Of a DNA stretch of 64,000 bases, positions 53,300-62,803 are shown piece by piece; the first letter of the stretch is position 1; every line of letters begins with the position of its first letter. The position numbers and the translations under genes are program-made. This stretch comes from Schmidtea polychroa (lineage: Eukaryota): the NCBI GenBank assembly GCA_044892525.1, contig CM097888.1, positions 3,906,001-3,970,000 of the forward strand. Direction: 5' to 3'. Under the pieces are notes generated by a model, which was given only the letters and a program-made list of their open reading frames with translations, was not told where the DNA came from and made no database searches.

Positions 53300-55635
53300 T
53301 AAATGCAAACATTCACCCTTTAAAATATATCACCAAAAAGCCCTCTGACATAATACATAAAAAAACCGTAATGAGAATGAATTACTTTTCATTAAAAGGA
53401 AAAAATACACCATTAACCCAAAGGAGGAAGTCGCCAAGATCCTGAGAAATACCCCATCCTTCCAGAGACCGACTATGGATAATATTCTGAAACTCTTTGC
53501 TGGAACACTCACAAGTTGCTCACCTAATCCTTTGATCAAACTACCCTCACTTCCCGAAACTCTTTCATGTGACCCCTTTGACACTGATGAAATTAAGGCA
53601 ATCTTCAAGCAACTCAGCAATACGGTCCCAGGTATGGATGGCATCTCTTTATCTGACTGGAGAATTCTATCACCTGACTTCGAATTCCTCCTATCCTTGT
53701 TTAACAACCTACTGCACACAACTACTTGCCCTATGTCCTGGAAAACTTTTCGCTCCAAACTAATTCTAAAAGCTGGAAAGGCCGAGACTAGCCACGAAGC
53801 TAGCTCCTAGAGACCCATATCTATCATGAACACCTCATACCGTATATTCTCCTCACTTCTTAACAACCGCCTTCTGAACTGGATAAAACTCGGCAACCTA
53901 CTGTCTAACAACCAAAGAGCTATATGTGCACCCGATGGATGTGCTGAACACAATTTCACCTTACACCTTGTCAAAGATGCTGCAATCCGCAATAAAACTG
54001 ACCTCCATATCATATGGCTCGATATCTCAGATGCTTTTGGATCTTTACCTCACTCTCTTATATGGCACACTCTTACCAATATGGGACTCAACCCAAATAC
54101 AATCAAACTTATAAATGACATGTATAACGATGTGCAAACTATTTTTGAATGTGAAGGAGAACGTTCCCCATCTGTCCCCATTGTAAAAGGAGTTAAGCAA
54201 GGCTGCCCCTTATCTATGACAATCTTTTGCCTATGTATAGACTTCATACTTCAACATGTCCTATTCCATGGGCACAACATTAGCATCCTTGCCTATGCCG
54301 ATGATATTGTACTAATTTCGGACTCGTACTACTCAATAAACCTTGCACTTTGCGAAACGACACAACTGGCTTCACAAGTTAACCTTCGATTTAAGCTTTC
54401 GAAATCTGGATACTTTCATATCAACCATGATGACAATTATAGCCCAATCCGCCTTTATGACGAACTCCTCCCAGAATTGATGACTCTAACCTCTACCGAT
54501 ACCTTGGAGTTGATTTCACGTATAAGGTAAGACACAACATTGAGGAGAGACTTGAAAATGCCCTAACTGATACCAAAACAATTCTGGCCTCCCATCAGCA
54601 CCCTGCCCAAAAACTTAATGCCTACAAAATATTAATATATTCTCGCCTTACCTATATCTACCGCAACTGCGAGATCCACCACAGTATACTCGAATCCGAA
54701 AGAAACCTGAAAAATAATGCAGGTTTACCCCATAGGGGCGCCACCCAAAGACTAAAAACCATAATCAAAAATGCCATTGGCGATAAAATTTGTGAGCTCA
54801 ACAACAACTTCCTATATGCATCTATCAAACTTGGAGGACTGGGTTTAACATCCCTCATTGATGAATACCTTATCCAGGGAATTGTCCACCTCATACATGC
54901 CCTCAACTCAACTGACACTGATTTTCGCAACCTCGTCTTATCCGAACTCAGTCACGCCAGAGGAAATGGCAACATCAACTCTGCAATCTCGTGGTTAAAT
55001 GGCGACTCCACTAAAACCTTTCCATTCAAATCTCTCTTCTCAAAATTCAGGAAATCATCCATAAGACTGCGACTCAAATATGGGATCTCTACTAAAATAG
55101 TCTTCCTCAAAAATTCCTACCAATTAGAAATTAAATACAAAGACCGAATTAATTACTTCACATCCTCCAACCTTAAAGATACCTCATCTGAAATACACTC
55201 TATTATTAGCCTCATTTATGCCGATAGATGGTCCGAAATGAAATGCCAAGGACATATAGCCAAAAGCATCGGTAGCAGTAGCATTGCTAGTTTTTTCTTT
55301 AAAACGGACATTCTAACTGACCCGCGATTTATCTTCCTGATCCGAGCGCGCAACAACATCCTAAAATTAAACTATACACCCCGTCGAAATAAATCTAAGA
55401 AATCTACCCTATGTAGGCACTGTCACGCTCATCCTGAAACACAAGCACACATTTAACCACTGCCCTGCTAAATCCAATGCCCGCCGAAACAAACATAGAA
55501 ATGTCCTCCAAGCTGTCTCTGACTTCCTCCTCGAACATAAATACGATATAGACATCGAACAAACCCCAATGGGCATCAACACCACCCTCATCCCTTACCT
55601 CCTTATCAAAACCCCGCGGAATAAATTGATACATA
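53300..55635 (+). pseudogene. RT, CCHC knuckle and partial restriction-like endonuclease
   Basis: Motifs as listed for the element; several stops and frameshifts; ends abruptly at the gypsy LTR. Confidence 0.88.
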
Positions 55636-56731
55636 TGTTAGGTTCGATGGGTAGGTAGTCGAACTAACACAAAAACGTTCTATCTGACTCCAATAAATAC
55701 TTTATGCGTATAGGTAATAAATAAGAAATATGTTTTAAATATTTATTTATCAATAAAAAGTTAGTTACACGTTTAAATATAGTTACACCACGCTGCCTTT
55801 TTCTAAGTAAAGAAAACGGTTATTCAAACCGCCCTGAAGAATATTTCTACGAATCAAGGCTGGCCCTAAATGCGCCAACAGCCCGATATAGGTGTAAGTA
55901 AAAGAAGCAGGGTAGTTCACCAAATTTTACGCTATAGAGTCAACCCAGAAATTGGTTAACTCTTTAAATTATATTTGAAACGAAACAGCTACAAAAAATA
56001 TGTGCTGACGTTGCAATCCCTTTTAATATTAATTTAAATAAATGAAATTATTTATATGTATATATATATTTCAAATCAAAAATACTAACTAATTAATTAT
56101 TCCAACAAGGGCCAGATAAACCACAGATTGGTTGTCGAACTGGCTACTAATATTTCTTCCTTTTGCTTTAATTAATACTCCAATAGATATTGGAGTTACG
56201 ATATTATATAGATGATGCGAAAAATCCTGATAAAAATATCCTTTGGTTCCGAAGAATTTCGTGATAAATATAATTCCAGTAATTAATTTCTTGGTCGATA
56301 TTCCTAAGGAAATTTCTTGATTCAATAGACAAAATGAAATTTCCCAAAATTTTAGGTTAAATTCTAAATGTCAAGAATGCCGAATTAAAATGATCTGATC
56401 GTATCTATTTATAACTATGGGGATTCTCTTCTGATTTTTCTTGTCTCTAATTTCTTCTCCTCCCGTAATCTAATTTTTAACTAGTATTTATATAAATTTT
56501 ATTTCCATAATTCTATTAATAGTAATTGTTTAATTACTATTTTTATTATATATTTTAAATAATTTCTATAGTTCTATTTTTAGTAATTATTTATTACTAA
56601 TTATATTTTAGTTTTAATTTTAGTATTTAATTTCTATTTTCGGTAATTTTTTATTACTATTTTTGTTATACTTCTAATTAATTATTATTTAATTTCGAAC
56701 CTTCAATTCCGGTTCCTACTGAACCCCAACA
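55636..56731 (-). repeat. 3' LTR of the gypsy element, about 1.1 kb
   Basis: Minus strand starts TGTTGGGGTTC directly after the polypurine tract TTAGGGGGAAGACA (56732-56745) and ends GAACCTAACA, giving inverted termini. Confidence 0.85.
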
Positions 56732-57031
56732 TGTCTTCCCCCTAACAAGATTTTCGTCCCGAAAATTAAAGCGGTAAAGATAAGACAATTGCAGCCAATA
56801 CATAAAATTAAAAAATATAAAAATAAAATAAAACAACTGAATAAAATGTATATACATAAAGTAATCAAAGTCAAACTCAAAGATGGTTAAACAAAATTAA
56901 AAATCAGATTTATCAAATGTTGTTCATAATGTCTATCAATTTGAATATCTGGATTGGATTGAGTTGTCGAAGGTGTTGGGATTGAGGACGTATAGCAAAT
57001 TGCTAGGTCCATTGAACACATAGCCGAATTG

Positions 57032-59098
57032 CTAGTATTTTCTCCTTTTCATGACCTTGGCACTTTCGTTACGGATCCTTTGTTCTACAATGTCAGGTCT
57101 GTAACTGACCACCAAAGTCTCCCGTGTACTTACCTCTTTGTACACAATTGAGGAGATAATGTACAAGCCCTCATTAGCCTCCAATACTCCGTAATCGGGG
57201 AAATTGGATACGGCTACTTCATGGATTGGGCCTCCGTCGTATTCCTTGATACGCGGTTTCCATTTGCTGTCGGGTCTCTGCCACCAACTAGGATCTTCTC
57301 TGTCGAGATCTTCCCGTATTTTAATTGAATTGCCCCTTCCGACGAACTCGCCTTCCTTTATGATAATAGGCTCTCCTGAAATCGTGGGTTCACTCTTTGT
57401 TGCCAATATCTTGGTCAACGCAGGATCTGGTGGCTGATAGTGGGTTTCTAGGAGATCGTCATCCTCATCTTGGATGGATATCCTAGGCATCTTCTTTTTC
57501 GTGCTCTTAGGAATCTCCGTTTTCCTCTTTGTAGAGGTAGGAACATTTTTCTCCTTGTCCTCTTTCTGGGGGGGTTTCTCCGTTGGTCTCTTTTTAAACT
57601 TCAAGTCTTGTAGCTTGAGTAATGGTGCCACCGCTTGGGGTAATGTTCCCCCTTCAGCTCCTTGTTTGGGTTCACCCAACGGGGCCAATGCTTTCAGGAT
57701 CTTGGTGACCCGTTCAACTAACTTTTCTGCTGGCTGGGGTTTTTCTACTTCCATTTTAGCCGAATTCACCACTCTACCGTCATTGGTAAGGGTGACTTGG
57801 AGGCAGTTATCGTCTGCACTCTCACAAGTGGCATAGTCGTCTTCATCAGCGATTGAAATGGCTGGCGGCGACAAGGAATCTTCTTCCACTATTTTCAACA
57901 ACTTCGTCCTGGGGATATCTTCTTTCACATAGCTCTCCATAGCTAGTGGTTTCTGCCTGCTTGAGGTACCGGGTTCCACCTCTTTCCGGGTGTCCGGTGA
58001 AATGTCGTCGACCCAGATGTCCCGTAGATTATCGTAAATCTCCTTGATGGTAGTTACATCATTCTCCGTTTGAAGATCCGAGAAGTGATGTGCTTCTTTA
58101 CCGGTGACTGCCTTTGCCAAATATGCCAAACGGTAATACCCGTTGCATTTCTTTAGGTCCCTACTTTCGAGACATTTAGCTGCGCCTAACTCACGGATTC
58201 CGAGAGCGCGCTGCATTGGGAATCTAATAACTTCTAGTAGGTCCTTAACTAGCAATCCCACGATGATTTTCCCATCGCAGATTTTCCTGATTCGTTCGGC
58301 ACAGTCTTCTCCGTCGAACTGTCCTATTATTTCTTTCTCGGTCATACCATGCGCATGCGATTGGTAATGTTTGACCTGTGCTCTGGGGGTGACTCTCGTG
58401 TTGAGTATCAAATCGCCATTGAAATGTAAGATTGAAATGGCCACGATTGCCGGTTTCAGGAATTGTCGTAGTGTAGCATAGTGAGCTGCTACGAAAATGG
58501 TGAGGTTATCCTCTTGTCTAGGGTCCAAACGCTGTCTAACACAGGACTTAAATGTTTTAATGTCGTTATCGTTGACATTATATGTCCAGTTTGGGTCATT
58601 AACCCATCTTGTTTGTGCTTCTCTGTGGGGTTCCAGGATTTCCATTGCTATGATGGTATCTATACCTTCACATAACAGTGAGATGTTCTTTTCCCTTCCG
58701 TCCCCGTTTTCTATTTCGAGGGTAGTGTGCTTTTGTAGCAAAATAGGGTTTGTGGCGCCAGGAACGTAAACCGTAATTGGTTTGTTAATGGCGTGTATCC
58801 ACAGGTGGTTGGTCAGACTATGTCTACCAAACTCAGGCATGACCTCGGTAAGCCTAATACTACCGTTATGCTTACCCGGGATTCTGGAGATAATCATTTG
58901 ACACTTTGGAGCCTCGTCAAATTTGAAATTATTGGGTATGCCTGAACAATGACCGTAAAACCAGTGCCTTTGGCCTTTTCTACCTAGCTCCATAACCTGC
59001 TTCTCCAGGTTCTTGTAAATGAGTTTTTCTTTTAGTAAGGTTGTAGCACGTATAATGCTATGCCTTCCTTGGTATTGGGATATTGGATGGCTCTGCAT
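57032..59098 (-). CDS. Gypsy ORF3: REX4/ISG20-like DEDDh exonuclease-fold domain (catalytically altered), disordered charged region with a basic NLS-like patch, small C-terminal domain
   Basis: IVAISILHFNGDLILNTRVTP..QVKHYQSHAHGMTEKEI...IRKICDGKIIVGLLVKDLL...GIRELG...YRLAYLAKAVTG...ENDVTTIKEIY...W at about 58012-58505. The likely start is ATG 59098 after the acceptor tttttatttcag; the ORF track starts at 59170. Confidence 0.7.
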   Translation of the reverse strand: MQSHPISQYQGRHSIIRATTLLKEKLIYKNLEKQVMELGRKGQRHWFYGHCSGIPNNFKFDEAPKCQMIISRIPGKHNGSIRLTEVMPEFGRHSLTNHLWIHAINKPITVYVPGATNPILLQKHTTLEIENGDGREKNISLLCEGIDTIIAMEILEPHREAQTRWVNDPNWTYNVNDNDIKTFKSCVRQRLDPRQEDNLTIFVAAHYATLRQFLKPAIVAISILHFNGDLILNTRVTPRAQVKHYQSHAHGMTEKEIIGQFDGEDCAERIRKICDGKIIVGLLVKDLLEVIRFPMQRALGIRELGAAKCLESRDLKKCNGYYRLAYLAKAVTGKEAHHFSDLQTENDVTTIKEIYDNLRDIWVDDISPDTRKEVEPGTSSRQKPLAMESYVKEDIPRTKLLKIVEEDSLSPPAISIADEDDYATCESADDNCLQVTLTNDGRVVNSAKMEVEKPQPAEKLVERVTKILKALAPLGEPKQGAEGGTLPQAVAPLLKLQDLKFKKRPTEKPPQKEDKEKNVPTSTKRKTEIPKSTKKKMPRISIQDEDDDLLETHYQPPDPALTKILATKSEPTISGEPIIIKEGEFVGRGNSIKIREDLDREDPSWWQRPDSKWKPRIKEYDGGPIHEVAVSNFPDYGVLEANEGLYIISSIVYKEVSTRETLVVSYRPDIVEQRIRNESAKVMKRRKY

Positions 59099-59296
59099 TC
59101 CTGAAATAAAAATCATTAACCATAATATCAGATATACTGATATGCCATAATAGGCTAAAAAGATATGCATAAGTCTTATAATAAAAGATCTACATATGCT
59201 GAATTTTAATGCTACCTGGAGCTCTACGTAAATATAGATTTTAAGATATATATAAATGGTTATATATGATTTTTCCCTCGGGGGAGTCTGTAATTG

Positions 59297-62068
59297 TCAT
59301 AATTGCGACATCAGTACTCCATCGTAAACCCTTATGGCTTGTCTAAAATATAGCTTGGTCCAAATACCCATAGCTATCAATGTAGTTATTAGTGATAATA
59401 CAGCCGATACCGTAATCCATACCCCTACGGGTATTTTCAGGATATATCCTGCATTGAAGTTTGTGATGGCATTACAATCACAACAGTTTGTCATGTTTGG
59501 GGGCGTTTGACAAGATATTTGTTTAATGGGTGACAACTGTTTAAGATGTTGCCACATTGCGGGATGTATCACCATGTTCTCCCTGACTACTTTTGGTGGT
59601 GTTTCTGTTACAACTGGGTGTTTCAGAGGTAATATCTCCTCAAATACCTCGAACCACCTATCGTCCTGTCGTTTCCTCGGATAATAGTATATAACATGAA
59701 CCGAATATTCTACTGACTGATTTAGATACATTTCTTGGGAGGGAGAGTTCTGGTCTAACCATAATGTTCCTCTCGTGGTTGATCCGTCTCGAATGCTGAT
59801 TTTCACTTTCTCCTCCCTGTTAATTTGCTGGCTAAATTTTACTTTCTCCTTCTCATAGGATATCGATATGCGATTTGTGAAATCTGCCGTCCGTAGGATC
59901 CAATTTGATACGTGATAGGTATACCAACCATTCCGATATAACCGTGACGCTGCGACATGCAGTTTATAATCCGTCTCGGCTTTTAAATCATATAAATCCC
60001 ACTCTTTTTCTTCTGAATCGAGTTGGCGGATCCGCAAGTACCTGTTGTAGAAATGTAAATTGAACTTTGTAACATTATCGCACGTCGTGAGTATGCTAAT
60101 TCCGTGGTATGTCCTTATAAAATGTAAATACTCTACTTGCATCGCCATAGGCTGAAAATATGCCTTTCTATCCCTTTTTGCCATTGCTAAAGTCATCATA
60201 CAGCTTATTATCAACAAAAAGGTTACCGATTTTGGAACACCCCGTGATCTCAATGGGTATCGGTGCTCTTGTGGTTCTTCGGTAGTGTTTAGTTTCACTT
60301 GTTTCTCTGGTGCTTTTACTTTTGAATCTCCCGTGGTTCCTTTTGTTGAGATTTCGCACCTTTTACACCGATTAGCATGCACCATTATTGGTTCTGCTTT
60401 TCTGTTGGCTATTAGTTGTAATATGAGGTTTGTATCTGTGGTTCTCAATACCTCGTATGGCCCTTTGAAATTTCGCATGAGTTTTGGTGATAAGCCTTTC
60501 TTGTTATAATGACTTTCCAACATCACCTGGTCTCCAACCAATATGCCATGATCCTTGGCTTTTCGGTCATGATAATCTTTGGATGCCTCCTGATTATATT
60601 TTATACTGAGACCTGCTCTAGCCCATGCTTCCTGCATTCTTTCCCTCATTTCCATTAGATAATCTTCCTGATCTAAATACTGTATTGCTTTAGGGAAAAA
60701 CAACAGATCTACTGGCATTTTACTTTGCCTTAGGTACATTAGGTAAAATGGCGTTTCACCTGTTCCCTCGTGTACTGCATTCCTGTATGCAAATAAACAG
60801 GATGGAATGTGGATGTCCCAATCCGTTTGCCCTGAATTTATATATGATGCTAACATATTAGCTAATGTTCCATTAAATCGCTCTACTAGGCCATCTGTCT
60901 GTGGGTGATATGGGGAAGTGTTCAACTTTAGAACTCCGAAATAATCATTTATTCCTTTGAGCAAATTACTCATGAAATCAGCTCCTCGATCTGTTAATAG
61001 CTTCGTAGGTACTCCATACCTAAAGACAATTTGTTCAACGAAAATTCTAGCTATTGTATCAGCTTTGTGGTTAGGCATCGGGTAGGCCTCTGGCCACTTA
61101 GTCAAGTAGTCGCAGAAAACTAATATGTACTTGTTTCCGCTATTAGATTCTTTGAATGGCCCCAACACGTCCATTACCGTCATTTCCATAGGTGTAGATG
61201 GTACTGGCATCGGCTTCATCGGTACGTGTGGTTTCTTTCCGGTATTTCTTCTGGTGATACAGATCTTACATGTCTGACACCAGGTTTTAACATCTTGTTT
61301 CATACCGGGCCAAAAATATTTTTGTTTTAACCTCGACAATGTTTTTCTAGATGACAGGTGGCCTCCTAAGGCTCCATCGTGATACTGCAACATGAGTGCT
61401 TCACGGTATTTCTTAGGAACCATTATAACGTTATCTCGTATATCTGAATATTTAACTAATCCCTCTTCCAGCACAAATTTATCTTTATTCTTTTCCCAGT
61501 ATTTCGTGAATTCTGTGGGCACGTATTTCGCTTCTAAGGCTTGTCGAATGGCATTGATTTCTTCATCAGCTTTTTGTGCCTCCATTAAATCAGCTAGCCG
61601 GTTGGCTTCTCGAGTCAGTGTGAAGATAGTCCCTTCGAGACGTCCTTCCTTCACATCTTCTGCTTCCTCCTCCTGGTCCATTCTCGATAAAGCGTCTGCA
61701 TTTCCATTATGATCTCCTTTTCTATAATGGATTTCTATGTCATATGGCTGTAAAATTAATGCCCATCTGACCAGTTTTGATGTATCCATTGTGTGTTTCG
61801 TCAGCCACTGTAATGGTCTATGATCGGTATACACTATGATCTTTCGACCCCATAGATAGGTCCTAAACTGGGTTATAGCATATACAATTGCTAAAGCCTC
61901 TAGTTCTATCACTGCGTAGTTTCTCTCGTGTGGTTTTAGCCCTCTGCTAGCGTACGCAATTGCATACTCATCTCCTAGGTCATCTCTCTGACCTAGCACA
62001 GCACCTATGCCCCGAGTGCTGGCATCTGTCATAACCAAAAATTGTCTCTCAAAATCTGGGAATCGCAA
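59297..62068 (-). CDS. pol: Gypsy RNase H plus integrase fused in frame to a signal peptide, FN3-like ectodomain and TM helix
   Basis: TDAS, ELEALA, TDHRPL, NADALSR; HHCC, MDVLGP, TDRG, ERFN, GPY; then RYPLRSR, VTFLLIISCMMTLAMA, WDLYDLKAETDYKLHVAA, VWITVSAVLSLITTLIAMGIW. Confidence 0.9.
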   Translation of the reverse strand: MRFPDFERQFLVMTDASTRGIGAVLGQRDDLGDEYAIAYASRGLKPHERNYAVIELEALAIVYAITQFRTYLWGRKIIVYTDHRPLQWLTKHTMDTSKLVRWALILQPYDIEIHYRKGDHNGNADALSRMDQEEEAEDVKEGRLEGTIFTLTREANRLADLMEAQKADEEINAIRQALEAKYVPTEFTKYWEKNKDKFVLEEGLVKYSDIRDNVIMVPKKYREALMLQYHDGALGGHLSSRKTLSRLKQKYFWPGMKQDVKTWCQTCKICITRRNTGKKPHVPMKPMPVPSTPMEMTVMDVLGPFKESNSGNKYILVFCDYLTKWPEAYPMPNHKADTIARIFVEQIVFRYGVPTKLLTDRGADFMSNLLKGINDYFGVLKLNTSPYHPQTDGLVERFNGTLANMLASYINSGQTDWDIHIPSCLFAYRNAVHEGTGETPFYLMYLRQSKMPVDLLFFPKAIQYLDQEDYLMEMRERMQEAWARAGLSIKYNQEASKDYHDRKAKDHGILVGDQVMLESHYNKKGLSPKLMRNFKGPYEVLRTTDTNLILQLIANRKAEPIMVHANRCKRCEISTKGTTGDSKVKAPEKQVKLNTTEEPQEHRYPLRSRGVPKSVTFLLIISCMMTLAMAKRDRKAYFQPMAMQVEYLHFIRTYHGISILTTCDNVTKFNLHFYNRYLRIRQLDSEEKEWDLYDLKAETDYKLHVAASRLYRNGWYTYHVSNWILRTADFTNRISISYEKEKVKFSQQINREEKVKISIRDGSTTRGTLWLDQNSPSQEMYLNQSVEYSVHVIYYYPRKRQDDRWFEVFEEILPLKHPVVTETPPKVVRENMVIHPAMWQHLKQLSPIKQISCQTPPNMTNCCDCNAITNFNAGYILKIPVGVWITVSAVLSLITTLIAMGIWTKLYFRQAIRVYDGVLMSQL

Positions 62069-62086
62069 TATAGGTGGCTTGATGAG

Positions 62087-62803
62087 TCATTCCTTGAGCA
62101 TATCAAATGCTTCTTGCTGTTCTGTTCCCCACACAAATTTGACATTTTTGCCTTCTAACTGCGTGAGTGGGAAAGCTATAACCGAAAAGTTTCTAATGAA
62201 TTTTCTGTAGTATCCAACTAGACCTAAAAACCCTTTGATATGTTTAACGGTTTTAGGCTCCGGAAAATTCTTAACCTTTTCAACATTAGCTGGATCGGGT
62301 TTAACCCCGTCTCGTGATATGATATGGCCAACATATACCAATTCTGGTTCAGCCCATTTACATTTGGTTGGTTTCACTTTCATGTTGGCATTGATCAACC
62401 TCTTGAACACATCTTCCAAATGTTCCAAGTGTTTTTCCAAATCTGGCGAGAATACTATGACGTCGTCAATGTATACCATCGCATGATGTACATCCATGAG
62501 CATCAAATTCATTGCTCTTTGAAATGTGGCTGGAGCTCCGGTGAGTCCAAATGGCATTACGTTATATTCGTAATGGCCCATACTCGTAGAAAATGCTGTT
62601 ATTGGTATAGTCTCATCTTTTAGCTTAATTTGATAAAATCCCTTTTGAGCGTCCATTACTGAGAAGAACCTAGCATTCCTCATGCGTCCATAGATATAAT
62701 CTAACAATGGCAATGGATGGCTATCTTTGCATGTTGCTTCGTTAACCATGCGATAGTCGTTACATAATCGTACTGATCCATCCTTCTTGGCCACCACTAT
62801 CAT
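62087..62803 (-). pseudogene. pol: Gypsy reverse transcriptase (in frame with RNase H across one TGA; frameshifted from protease)
   Basis: KKDGSVRLCNDYR, DSHPLP, GHYEYNVMPFGL, VYIDDVIVF, GFLGLVGYYRKFI. Confidence 0.95.

Larger units (their letters stand above)
49465..55635 (+). mobile_element. NeSL/R2-type (RLE) non-LTR retrotransposon, decayed, cut in its RLE by the gypsy insertion
   Basis: Asn-rich N-terminal ORF, zinc fingers, Ulp1-like domain, RT (PGMDG, RPISIMN, WLDISDAFGSLPH, GVKQGCPLS, LAYADD), CRHC..ET..HI.NHC knuckle, RH and LIPxL. The 5' boundary is uncertain. Confidence 0.85.

Noticed and set aside
59101-59170. Signal peptide at the start of gypsy ORF3 (MHIFLAYYGISVYLILWLMIF)
   Set aside because: It is encoded by a T-rich tract ending in a strong splice acceptor directly before a second ATG. 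It is more likely intron sequence, but this is not excluded without RNA data.
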